This document shows positions 1 to 11,207 of a stretch of DNA of 55,699 nt, in pieces. The stretch covers positions 1 to 55,699 of the forward strand of contig JAKMXF010000056.1 of assembly GCA_024704765.1 (NCBI GenBank). Direction: 5' to 3'. The notes beneath the pieces are model-generated. The model saw only the letters and a list, made by a program, of their open reading frames with translations, searched no databases and was not told the DNA's origin. How positions within the stretch are numbered: position 1 is the first letter of the stretch; each line of letters starts with the position of its first letter. A program made the position numbers and the translations under genes. The DNA is from Oopsacas minuta (taxonomy: Eukaryota > Animalia > Porifera).

Positions 1-575
1 GTACCGTCTGCTATGCCAGTCTAATCCAATGGCTTAATGGAAAGAAGAAATCCATGCCATTTGCGGTACCTATGATTTGGCGAGAACTTAAAAACCATAA
101 GTCGGATTGTTATTTTTGCACAACAAATATTGCTGGATTCTCGACCTCTATACCGTGATGGAATCGCGGTATAGAGGTCGATTTAACCCAAACATGATGA
201 GGACTACTGCTGGTTTCTCCAACGTGAAACTGACACTGAACATGCTCAAAAGAGCAAGTGTATAAAGCACTTTTGAGAGGATACAATGTTATTTTTGTCT
301 GGTTTAATCATCCTGGGTTGTGTTAAATTGTGCAAGATGATAATTCTGTTATTTTCACAGGCAATCAGTGTGTTTATTACATGTAATGTTTTGTTCTGCA
401 CTGCCAAAATTAGCTAAAATGACAATTACGGGTTGTTATGTGCATATGTCATATCTCAAAAACGTGACGTGTTAGAAAAAATCAAAGGCCAGATTTGGAT
501 TCAGCATGGCCATATTAGTCTAGGTAAACTTGAAACGAGCAAGGAATAAAAATAAGTTGTAAAATGTTGTCAGTG
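1..575 (+). mobile_element. Internally deleted Chapaev3-type (CMC/Transib-RAG lineage) DNA transposon, right part
   Basis: Frame 3 from base 3 reads TVCYASLIQWLNGKKKSMPFAVPMIWRELKNHKSDCYFC (N-terminal Cys motif). It is joined directly to C-terminal MESRYRGRFNPNMMRTT/DYCWFLQRE-type sequence. The element ends ...aaaatgttgtCAGTG at 575, followed by TTA. It interrupts a mariner at tgatta^tcaaatg (compare the copy at about 24805), consistent with a 3-bp TWA TSD. Confidence 0.75.
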
Positions 576-3042
576 TTATCAAATGTTTCGATAAGTTCCT
601 CCTCTAACTTTATACATCGTTTCCAGCCCGGTGGTATAGAATTCTTTAGGGGTCCCTTTATCCCACTGTTTTAACTCATACTCCAGCCGTTTGAAATCCT
701 CAAATCTCTTCCATCGAAGAGGTCTCTATCTCTCTAAACAGCCAGTAGTCGCCAGGAGCCAGGTCTGGACTATACGGGGATGAGGGAAGCATTCGAATCC
801 TAAGTCGTCAATTGCAGCCATTGTCTTGAGCTTACATTGGGCCTTGCGTTGTCATGTTGCAGCAGTACGCCACGTGTCAACTCGCCTCGCTCCTCAAGTT
901 TCATCCATTGACGCAATTCTTTCAATTCGTCAAAGTAATAATCACTTTTTATGGTTGTCTTCTCAGGTAGCCAGTCGAGGGATATAATTCCTTCTCTGCC
1001 CCATAATACTGTGGCCATTCTCTTCCCTGCTGATTTTGCGGCCTTTACCTTGATGGGTACAGGTTCATCAAATCTCTTCTACTGCTTCGATTGAGTTTGC
1101 TCTCTGGTTCATAATAATAAAACCAAGTTTCATCCCCCGTTACTATACGATCCAAAAAGTCTTCCTCTGCATTGTATCTTGAAAGTAATTCTTTGCTAAC
1201 TCTGACCCTTTCGTGTTTTTGTTCTTTTGAAAGTAGTTTTTGGACCCAACGTGCAGTTACCTTCGACATTTCCAGATCTTCAGTTATAATCGTGTGTAGT
1301 ATGGCTTTTGATATACAAGGGGTGTTCAATAAGTAATGAGACTAATGTATCGAATTCATATTCTAGTTAATACAGCTCTAAGCCTAATATCGGAATACAA
1401 GCCTAACTTGATTGTCTAACTTCGATATAATATATTCTTTACCCTACTAGCATATTCTTCAGTATAAAGTTTCATTTGTATAGGCTACTTTTTCAACTAA
1501 TGGCTTTTAGCAAAGAAGGAAAACGACAAAGAATTTTTGATACCAGTGGAAAAAGGGGAAAACTGGCTCATACATTCTTAGTGAAATGCAAGATATTTTC
1601 AGTGATGAATTTCCTTCGAAAGCCACCATATATAGATGGATCGAACGTTTTTGATAATAGCAATGAGGAACTCCACGATGACCCTCGTCCAGGTCGTCGG
1701 CTTCCTCCAAAACCAGCAGAATATCGAGAGGGTCCATACACTTTTGGATGAGGACAGACGAATAACCCTGCGAGAGTTAGAAGAGAGGGTAGGTATATCA
1801 AAAACTAAACGACACATGATTATCACTGAAGATCTGGAATGTCGAAGGTAACTACAAGTTGGGTCCCAAAGCCTCTTTCGAAGAACAAAAACGCGAAAGG
1901 GTCAGAATTAACAAAGAATTACTTTCAAGATACAATACAGAGGAAGACTTTTTGGATCGTATAGTAACGGAGGATGCAACTTGGTTTCATTATTATGGAC
2001 CAGAGAGCAATATTCAATCGGAGCAGTGGAAGAGACGTGATGAACCTGTACCCATCAGGGTAAAGGCGCAAAATCAGCAGGGAAGAGAATGGCAACAGTA
2101 TTATGGGATATGGAAGGAAAAACACCTCGACTGGTTGCTGAGAAGACCGCCATAAACAATGATTATTACGTTGACAAATTGAAGAATTGCATCAAGCGAT
2201 TGAACGTCAGATGCGAGGCAAGTTGACACGTGGCGTACTGCTGCAACATGACAACGCAAGGCCCATGTAAGCTCCAAGACAATGGCTGCAATTGACGACT
2301 TAGGGTTCGAATGCCTCCCTCATCTCCAGTATAGTTCAGACCTGGCTCCCAGCGACTACTGGCTGTTTGGAGAGCTGAAGAGACCTCTTCGATGGAAGAG
2401 ATTTGAGGATTTCAAACGGCTGGAGTATGAAATAAAACAGTGGGAAAAGGGACCCCTAAAGAATTCTGTACCACTGGGCTGGAAAAGTTACCCGAACGAT
2501 CGAAACGATGTATAAAGTTAAAGGGGACTTTATCGAAACATTTGATAATCAATTATGATAAGTATAGGTTTACTATATATATTATGAACAAATGTCTCAT
2601 TGTTTATTAAACAACCCTTGTACGTACCTCTCTTCTATCTTTCCCAGGGTTATTCGCCTCTCCTCGTCCAAGATTGTTTGGACCCTCTCGATATTACTCC
2701 GGGTTTTGAGGAAATCGGACCTGGACGAGGGTCATCGTGGAGTTCCTCATCGTCATTATCAAAACGTTCGATCCACCTATATATGGTGGCTTTGGAAGAA
2801 CATTCGTCGCCGAAAATATCTATATTTCACGAAGAATGTATGAGCCAGTCTTCTCCTTTTTCCACAGGTACCAAATGATTTATCGTTTTTCTTCTTTGCT
2901 AAACCCATTAGTCGAAAAACGTAGCCTATACAAATGAAACATTATACTGAAGAATATGTTAGTAGAGTAAAGAGTATATTGTATCGAAGTTAGACAATCT
3001 AATTAGGCTTGTATTCTGATATTAGGCTTAGAGCTGTATTAA
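576..3042 (-). mobile_element. Mariner family A, decayed outer copy, split by a nested copy (pieces 576-1315 and 2621-3042)
   Basis: ORF fragments contain WVQKLL, IVTGDETWFYYYEPE and LLQHDNARP. Removing 1316-2620 and one TA restores gcttttgatatacgtacctctc, matching the uninterrupted copy near 25561. The 3' TIR is cut off by the Chapaev3 element and the 5' TIR is missing. Confidence 0.9.
1316..2620 (+). mobile_element. Mariner family A, full-length (1305 bp) decayed copy nested in the same family
   Basis: TA|caaggggtgttcaataagtaatgagac at the left end and gtctcattgtttattaaacaacccttg|TA at the right end. Transposase fragments (IVTEDATWFHYYGPE, SSDLAPSDYWLFGELK) carry frameshifts. Confidence 0.93.
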
Positions 3043-3060
3043 TAGCTCTGTGATATGTTG

Positions 3061-3238
3061 TAGAGTCTCGATGAATCGTATCCAGGGGATTGTCAAAATT
3101 CGAGCTCCTTATTCGGATTACCGTATCATCGAACTAATTTCCATTGAAAAAGCTTTATAGGAGAGCGATAAAGTGTATAATTTTTACTCCTTATCCGAGT
3201 TACTTCTTAAACGTTTTCGCATTTACGAGACTCTACTG
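3061..3238. mobile_element. Pogo/Tigger-type MITE (degenerate)
   Basis: tagagtctcg at 3061-3070 and cgagactcta-ctg|TA at 3226-3240 form terminal inverted repeats. No coding capacity. Confidence 0.55.
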
Positions 3239-3696
3239 TATAATTTTCCTTGTTTTACCGTGGATTCGTGATATTATTCTGTGATAATCATATCTTTGGC
3301 TCTGGAAATGCCTTCCGAATGTTTTTTAGATACAAATTTATCGCATTTCCTTCCTTAACAGTACCACCGGGCTTTTAGTTCTGTTCGGGGCCAAAGGGCA
3401 TTAGTTTATAATATACAGAATTTGGTAAGTAAGAAAACTAATTAAGGTTGGGATTTATGTAGGCTTTTTTCAATAATCAAGCACAAGTCTCTACATTGAA
3501 TCTGATTTTGCAAAAACATATGTATTAGTATTTGAGATGAAAAGAATAAGATTCCGATTGGGTTACGAAATATAGTATATTAGCAAAATTATCGTCATGT
3601 GTCAATATGGCTTAATTGAGATGTATGTACAATCATCTACTAAGTATAATTGAATTTACCTAAATCTAACGATTTTTGAATTCTCAAAATTTAATA

Positions 3697-3900
3697 CAGT
3701 CGGTATCCGTTATTATGAACCAGCATATTCTTAACCTTCTCTTTTTCTGAACAAATCTATGGTCATGAATTTATCGGATCCACTGGCTTGACTCGATAAT
3801 CAAAACCATAGAATTTGTATTGATTAAGTTTACTTATTATGAAGTTTTAGTATTATGAACGGTATCTTTAGTGCGTGGTTCACAATAACGAATCTGACTC
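3697..3900. mobile_element. Pogo/Tigger-type MITE
   Basis: TA|cagtcggtatccgttattatgaac and gttcacaataacgaatctgactc|TA are imperfect ~24-bp TIRs with TA on both sides. Confidence 0.7.
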
Positions 3901-4195
3901 TATTATACAATGACCATAGGTAAATTTGGATAGACATTTACATTTAGGTATTTTAAGAATAACGCGAAGAGTAATGTATGCCACCACAAGTGAAGGATAG
4001 AATTGTAGGGGATCAGCCAGTGTATGATGTGGAAATAATACAAAAATTTCTCGATATGAGTGAGAAGCCATAATCACAGTAAAAATCACTAACGGACTAG
4101 AGGCCTCATCGGCTATCCGGTGCCGGGGGGCCAGAGCACCACCGGGCCGGCGCCCTTGTCCGTTGATATGGTTTGTATTTAAATCTGCTTTGTAG

Positions 4196-4471
4196 TTATC
4201 TGAGATGCTCATTTACGTTCTAAAGGAAGGTAAAAGTACTGTCGGGAGAAAGGGAACTGATTCAAAGCACGATATTAAATTAACTGGACCAATGGTTGCT
4301 GAAAAACACTGTACCTTCGAGAATATGGATACAGTTGTAACACTCTATCCTATAACGGAAGCAGCAACCTACGTGAATGGTAACCTAATCACTCAATCGC
4401 TTGTCCTGCATCATGGAGATAGAGTTGTAATTGGCGGAGATCACTATTTCAGACTTAACCACCCTGTTGAG
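4196..4471 (+). CDS. KIF14: Kinesin-3 KIF14 internal exon (FHA domain), phase 0-0, 92 codons
   Basis: Acceptor tttgtag|TTA and donor GAG|gtatat. The exon encodes LSEMLIYVLKEGKSTVG...HDIKLTG...HCT...TYVNG...LHHGDRVVIGGDHYFRLNHPVEV, which matches the KIF14 FHA as I recall it (LSEMLLY...LRHGDRVILGGDHYFRFNHPVEV). Confidence 0.92.
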
Positions 4472-4698
4472 GTATATTTGTACATGTATGTATTTCTTTA
4501 TCCATATAATATATGGTACTAATGGGTTGTTTAGCGCCTTAGCTTAATACTTGGATTAGGAATATTATTAAATTTGATATTATTGATTTGTACATTTCCC
4601 AAAATACACTGGCCTGGCGAAAGTTTTTGCAAAATGGAAAATAGCGATAGCTTGTAGAGTACTTATTAAGTAGAGTATAACAGAATTTTTTGCATATA

Positions 4699-5406
4699 TA
4701 AAAAGTACAGTGGACATGTCCATTAGGTACAATAGACATGTCCATTAGGTACAGTAGATATGTCCATTAGGTAAACTGCATGTAAGTGTTCAAGACTAGC
4801 GTCATTGGATATAGGGGACCTCTCCCTCCCGAGGTATTAAAATGTCGAGTGCGCATGTACATAACTCTAAGTCGAGGGTGCATGCTTAGTATCTAGAATA
4901 GCGATAGGAGGAGTGTTGCATGCTGTTGAATTAGAAGTATCTTAAAATAGAAATAAGTGGATTATGCTCACCATAATTGATGTGAAATTGGCATTCTTTC
5001 TTGGATTCGTTACGATCGTGACGTGGCAAGTTGGGATCTGATCTTGGCCTCTTGGAGTGTTAGATGGTGTGTTTGATTCTCAACTGCTGGAATATGTGAC
5101 TGCTTGATGCCATAGCTATAAAAGAAAAGAACCTGTTGACTGAGTACGTTTATACTCACTATGAGTGAAGAGAAATTAGCTTTATTTCTCCTATTCGTTA
5201 CGATCGTGACGTAGACTCTGTGACCATGCTCACTCGACTTTTTAATTCCCTCGGGAGGGAGGGATCTCCTATATCCAATGATGCTAGTCTTGAACACGTA
5301 CATGCAGTTTACATAATGGATATGTCGACTGTACCTAATGGGCATGTCCACTGTACATAATGGACATGTCCACGCTGCATAATGGACATGTCCACTGTAC
5401 TTTTTA
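4699..5406. repeat. Foldback (long-TIR) non-autonomous element with tandem 22-bp palindromic subrepeats
   Basis: 4699-4857 is the imperfect reverse complement of 5225-5406. The unit tacagtggacatgtccattagg occurs 3 times on the left and 4 times on the right. An internal direct repeat ttcgttacgatcgtgacgt occurs at about 5006 and 5194. Confidence 0.85.
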
Positions 5407-6169
5407 ATACCTCGAATTTTGACATATCCCATTCCAAACGTTCTTGTAGTACTATATTAAGGAACTATGTGGAAAAGATTTTTGATTTGATTTTCGGTTT
5501 ATACAACAAATTTTGGCGTATATTAAGGAGGCGCCAACGGGAGTCCTCGGGCATGTTTACCTTAGAGGTATGTTGCGTACCCTGTAGTTGGGCGCTATTT
5601 CGTTAGGTGCACATTTGGCGTTCCTTTGTCATTGCATCCACACTCTACAATTAGGTACTACTGTGCTGTAAGTACTATTGTAGCATAGTACTCAATTTCT
5701 GATGTTTTAGTGGCGAAAATGAATGATCATTTTCTCAACCACGTTTAATATCTACTCTTCCATTGTCACTGCCACACATTACGTGCATTACAAGTAGTCA
5801 GTTTCACCAAAATAATTCGGTACAGGTAACATTTAATGGGAGAACAATTTTCCTGTTAAGCAAGCGCAGTCGAATGATTTATGAAATTTCAGACTACAAT
5901 ATTCGGCAAGTATGTTATTGGAATTGGTAAATGAAAGTGGTAAACTTCACCTTATACTGACCATTTGGCATTGTGCCATGATATTTGTGGCTCATAACAA
6001 CTATGTTGGTATATCTATACTGAAAATTCTACAGCCTACGTAGCTATACACTGTTCGTTGACCATATTTCCTTTCGCTATTTGGTATCTAGCTGGTATAA
6101 GAAATCGTCGTGTATCGTCCGTCTACTTCAATGTGCTTTTGTATCTGCTGAGAGGTTAACCCGCACTAT

Positions 6170-7137
6170 AAATATCTTGTATTTGTCGATGTAGAAGATT
6201 GTGGCTTAATCGTCGAAATAATCTCCACCGACAACTATCCCTTAATGTTAAACTTTTCAAAAAGGTTGTTGATGAATCCAGAATTGCTGCCTTAGCGATC
6301 CAGAATGAGAAATGTCCTCCTACGCTTAAGTCCAACACTTCTGATTTCGTTGGGATTCTCCTATCTCTCTGGAAGATTTTCAATGTTGATACTCCCTTAG
6401 GAAAGAATTCCCTAAATGACCCATTATCTAAACCAGTAGCATTCATTGATGACCTCTTTATCTTCCTGACTCGAATTCTTACTGGCTTGAAGCTTAGCAG
6501 TCACTCCCTGAGAAAGTTGTCAAATTAAGCAAGCAAACATTCACCAGCGTCAATCATGCTTGTTTCGTGTTAACACGGATAGTAAATTTCTAACAGAGAA
6601 CTGTAGCTTTTATAACTTTTAATATCTTTCCTACAGACCGATCCATTGGAACACCATTTTGGATAATATCGTTTGATGTCAGGAGCTAATTATCATGTAT
6701 CATATTTTCAGATATTTGAATCAGAGTGCCGCCTCCAAGTATTCAATATTTTAAGCCTATTTTTCAATTCATACTCAGTCTAGTACCTCTTTGCAAAAGT
6801 TCTTTCAATCTTTCTTGTCATCAGATAATCCGGATTCTAGCAATGAAGTCGACCCAGATCCTTTCATGTGCTATTTCTAATCTATTCGCCATAGAGTGTA
6901 GTTTACAAGTGCTTCAGCCCTTAGCGTTTATTGCTGGCTATTCAGTGTATCAGACTTAAAACGTAATCAACAGGTTGTATTTGCCAAGACTTCTTAATTG
7001 TTGAAAGAGATATACTTGTCGATGAGCCCGATACTCGATATTAGTTCAAACTCATAGAGTTATCAGATCGTGGGGGTTTGAAATATCCGTCTGAGGTAGT
7101 CCTAGAATCTATTGTCTCATCTTGGAAAATCATTTTA
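6170..7137 (+). mobile_element. P-element/THAP9-like transposase remnant
   Basis: RQLSLNVKLFKKVVDESRIAAL...LLSLWKIFNVDTPLGKNSLNDPLSKP is similar to the ERQNV...WKIFNV motif at 39.4-41.7 kb. Downstream QTDPLE-HFG-like remnants are present. It is interrupted by a mariner at 7138. Confidence 0.65.
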
Positions 7138-8439
7138 CGAGGGGTACTCAATAACATTTGAGCCTAAGTATCAAAAAGCGTCAATGTATAATTATTTTAC
7201 TATAATTATTCGAAATAGCATCCCTTAGCTTGAATCACTTGTTCATTCGTTTAAACCAAGCTTCAATAGCTTCTTTAAATTCATTTTCGTTGATGTCTCC
7301 GATCACTTCTCTGAGGGTCCCCTCAAGTTCAGAATTCGATGAAAAATTTCTGCCTTTAAAGTATTTTTTATTCTAGGAAAGAGCCTAAAGTCGCAGGATG
7401 CTTGATCTAGAGAATAAGGGGGGTGTGGCAAAATAAGTAGTCCTGATTCTTCAATGAATTGTCTTGTCATTTTTGATGTATGAGAACTGGCATTATCGTG
7501 GTGCAAAAAAGTTCCCCTTAATCCTGTGCCAGGACGCTGTAAATTTATTGCTTTTATGACTAGAGGCAAACAACTCTCTGTATACCAGGTTGAATTAATT
7601 GTCTTACCAGGTTCAAGAGGCACAACAGTTTTAACACTCGTTGTATTAAAAAAAATGCATACATTTGTTTCTTAGTGTACTGAGTTCTGCGAAACTTTGT
7701 TAGGGGACCTTCTCCAATTTCACACCATTGACGGCTCTGCTGCTTTGTTTATGTATCATAGTGATAGATCCATGTTTCATCACCAGTTATTATTTTGGAA
7801 ACATCTCTACTGTTGCCATTGTTGAATCTTTTAAGCATTTCATGGGACCCTTTCACTCGATTCTGCTTCTGCTCAGCATGAAGTTGGTGTGGGATCCAGC
7901 GGGCACAAACATTACGTAGCTGAAGGGATTGGTGTAAAACGGTGTGCACTGCTCCGGATGAAATGCCAATTTTGTGCTGAATCCTCTATGTAACATTTGG
8001 GTCTGCTATCAGCATGTTCTCAATTGACTCAACAATTCCCTCTGTAACAGCGTATGGGGGTGGTCCAGGGCGGGGTTGGTCTTCAAGATGAAAAATTCCC
8101 AATCTTAAGTTCTCTGTACCATCTTTTCACTGTTGCCGCAGATACCTTGTTATTTGGAAAGGCTGTACAGGAATTTTGATAACATTCTTTTATTGTTTTC
8201 GAAAGTTGGAACCGCATAAGTATTATCGCACGAATATCACGCCTTGATCACTGTATTGAGGATCTGGTAACTAAGGAATCCATAGATAATAAAACTAGTG
8301 CTATCTGAAAAGTATACAAGATAAAATTACAACATTTTCAGCGAAGTATATTATCCCATGTTTATTCGAAATAAGTAATGGTTTACTTATATAAGAGCTC
8401 GCAGCATAGTCAGGCTCAACACTTATTGAGTGCCCCTCG
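7138..8439 (-). mobile_element. Mariner family B, full-length (1302 bp) decayed copy
   Basis: TA|cgaggggtactcaataacatttgagcct and aggctcaacacttattgagtgcccctcg|TA. Fragments include WIPHQL, ITGDETWIYHYD, HHDNASSH and HPPYSLDQASCDF. Confidence 0.93.
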
Positions 8440-8818
8440 TAGCATTGAATATGACAGCGAACTAACGGAGATATTTATTAGAGGCCAATCTAGGACCATT
8501 ATTGTTGATTTATCCTTGAATATCGTGATAGATACCAATGTTTGTCAATGATGGAGAGAAAAATGTTCATCTTATGGTAGGGGCGTCAGGTTTTGTGGGG
8601 GGGGGCTTGTCCCCCGGTTTTGAAAAGAGCCTTAAATAGGGGGAACTGCCCCGCCCCCCAGTTTCTTTGAATAAATTCTGCTCACTTGATTGATATTTTG
8701 ATATTCTAATTTCCTAGTTTGCTCAATGTACTGCAAATAAAGATGTGGTATGTTCATATCATTCACACCCTAGAGTCTAGATCCTCTTATTGTTCAAATA
8801 CGAAATACACAACTATAT

Positions 8819-8896
8819 ATTCTTTATCGAGCAATTACGAAATAACACAATAGATTCTTTATCGAGCAATTACGAAGTAACACAATAGATTCTTTA
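8819..8896. repeat. 35-bp tandem repeat, about 2.2 copies
   Basis: attctttatcgagcaattacgaa(a/g)taacacaatag twice, plus attcttta. Confidence 0.85.
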
Positions 8897-9016
8897 ATTA
8901 ACCAATTCAGAAATATATTAAAGGATTGGCTAAATATATTATATTCTGAATTTCCCCAAGTTATATTTGTTGACAAAGTCATTCAATTCGATATAAATTC
9001 ATTTTACTATCCATTA

Positions 9017-9617
9017 CACTGGCCAACAACATTTTCTTGGCTGATAAGTTGAGACTATTTCTAGGGTATATCGGGGTCACTGAGTTCGAAAATGGCACTA
9101 GTTCTGGCCAATTGGCTCTACCTTTCGTGATATTGTAAAATTATGTTTTTCAGCATCGTGAATTTGTGTTCACTGATACCATATAGTATGTATGTATTAC
9201 ATTATAACTAGAATTGAACTTACGTAATAAGCAGATAATTTGAGATATATGATCCGATCCTTATCAATCATGAACGAATGTTCTCTTATACGAATTCCTT
9301 TGTGAGGTTTTTGGGGACAATCACGCATAAGGCTCCAGTTGTAATCTCCCAACATGTGAGCGTCCCATCTTCCTTGGTACCGTTCCTCCATAGTCCTGAT
9401 GTCTTGGTGGAATCGCTCGGCCTGTTCTTCGCTTAAATCATTAAGATTTTCTGGGAATCTCTCTGAATGGCTATAGAGATAGTGAAGTTTTATGCTCATT
9501 CTGGTTCCCAGACTGTGGAAGTTCTTGAGCATGCCTTCGACCAGATTCTGGTAGTTAGCCACTTTGGTGTTGCCTAAGAATCCATTTACAACATCGACAA
9601 AGGAATACCACGCGGCA
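9017..9617 (-). mobile_element. Chapaev3-type transposon, 3' part with terminal repeat
   Basis: GFLGN...MSIKLHYLYSHSERFPENLNDLSEEQAERFHQDIRTMEERYQGRWDAHMLGDYNWSL. The terminus is TTA|CACTGgccaacaacatttt at 9017. Homology stops at the N at 9618. Confidence 0.8.
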
Positions 9618-9618
9618 N
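9618..9618. other. Single N, probably an assembly join or gap
   Basis: This is the only ambiguous base in the window. Transposase homology ends exactly there and the sequence on the other side is unrelated. Confidence 0.6.
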
Positions 9619-9904
9619 GCGGCATTACAGAGATAAAAGCTAAGTTGTCTAAACAACTTAGGATAAAAGTACAAGAGGACAAGGTACAACGGGTAGTGAG
9701 TACGTAAATGTATTGTTTCAATAAATAAATATAAATATTATGGGTTTCTAAGAAATACTTTTTACAAGCCTTCAACGACATCCATGGTCTTTAAAATCGC
9801 CTAAGAACAATTTTTAAGTTCACGATTTGGGTGAATAACATCAAATACATGGTTATTTGAAATAAAATTTAATGGACTTAAACGACATCCATGGTCCAAA
9901 AAAT

Positions 9905-10858
9905 CACACTAGTGAACAGGCCTTATTATAACGTAGGTCACGCTCCGTCTTTTTCTACATGGATAGTATATTGTTGTGTAAACATAGCTGGAACGACACT
10001 AAATGTTCCGTCGCAAAACCAGCTGCCGCAGTTTTTTAGTAAATCAATAAATTTAAGTGTGACATATATAATGATCCTTTTCTCATCCCCAAACCCTGAG
10101 TCATACAGTAAAAAGGTTCCCCTTCAAAGATTTTGTGCACTTTTCAGGGATGACAATTTCAGCTGCACAAGTAGAATTGCCACAATTTTCAATAATTATG
10201 CTTCCATAATTTCGAATTGTTCGTTTCACAGACTCCAATTTTGGCGATTTGTTTACAGTACATGGATTCATTTCTCCTATACCTGTGGCTAATATGCCTC
10301 CAGTGCTTTGCTCAGAATTAGATGCTATCGCTTTCATTTTTGTATAACCCTTTAGCATCTGTACACGTTCATGTGAGGGCGTATATGTATGAGCTTGTTA
10401 AATTTCAGATACTACCATAGGCTTGACTATAAAATCATTCCTTGTATGTATTCTTGCTTTCCATGTACCACGTTTTTCACATACCCAAAATGAAATATCA
10501 TCAGATACTCGGTTTAAGGTATAAATGTAAACCATTAGGGAAGCTTTATCTTTATTTTTGTTGCTCTTGATCCGTTCAATAATTAATTCAGAAGCCATAA
10601 GTGGAATCGAACTAAGGAAAAGTTAATATGAAAATATGAATCCTAACTACAAAATCCGTTGTATTTTCCTTTAATACCAAATGGTATGGTGTCTAAACGA
10701 AAATTGTGGTCTTTGAGATAATAACCAAGTTAAACAAAAGTGACATAAGAATAACAACGAGACAAATATAGACCAATTTATCTTTAACACCATGATTTCT
10801 GCGACCAATTTTCCTCACAACGAAATTTCCGCGACCATCTTTCTGTCAACGGAGTGGG
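9905..10858 (-). mobile_element. Mutator-like (FLYWCH/Phantom-type) transposase remnant, 5' half
   Basis: YIYTLNRVSDDISFWVCEKRGTWKARIHT (FLYWCH-like) is followed across frameshifts by SWFCDGTFSVVPAMFTQ (MULE DGTF motif). Repeated gcgacca subterminal units at about 10800-10850 may mark the terminus. Confidence 0.7.
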
Positions 10859-11207
10859 GTCGTCTACAATATTCTTGACCATATCCATGGTATGTAGCGT
10901 GATAACGGAAATAGGGCGTCCCGATTTAGCCACATCTTCCAGGCTCTCCCTACCGTCCTTATATATTTTGGCCCATTCTTTCACACATGAATATGAAAGA
11001 ACATCATCTGAATATACTTTCAACATCTTTTCATATATATCCATAGGCGCTTCACCAAGCCTTGTACTTAACTTTATGACTGCCCTTTGTTCAAATTTCA
11101 AATTGAAGTCTGGAGAAGCCCTGTTATGAAAAAGCCTATAGAATGTACTATGCAAGATTTTGTGATATTTACATGTTACTAGTCCAAATTGAATAATTTC
11201 AACTGTA
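10859..11207 (-). mobile_element. Mariner family C, 5' fragment
   Basis: FEQRAVIK...SYSCVKEWAKIYKDGRESLEDVAKSGRP (paired/HTH region). It is truncated on both sides by other insertions. Confidence 0.8.

Noticed and set aside
3880-4212. 110-aa minus-strand ORF
   Set aside because: It is the antisense shadow of intron and GC-island sequence next to the KIF14 exon, with no recognisable motifs.
4472-4522. Extension of the KIF14 ORF to the stop at 4522
   Set aside because: This is read-through past a GT donor into AT-rich intron; homology ends at HPVE.
4705-4775. 22-bp palindromic repeats as a CRISPR array
   Set aside because: There are no unique spacers, and the repeats are mirrored in the opposite arm of an inverted repeat.
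5010-5432. 140-aa ORF over the foldback element
   Set aside because: It arises from stop-free tandem repeats and has no protein family signal.
8575-8665. Short GC-rich islands (also about 28270, 42155, 45230)
   Set aside because: They resemble hAT-MITE ends but are too degraded to bound or classify.
8819-8896. 35-bp repeats as a CRISPR array
   Set aside because: The units are head-to-tail with no spacers, there are no cas genes, and the context is eukaryotic.
9620-9900. N-terminal extension of ORF 9197-9781 and a 16-bp direct repeat aacgacatccatggtc
   Set aside because: The ORF runs through the N into unrelated sequence. The repeat is too short to classify.
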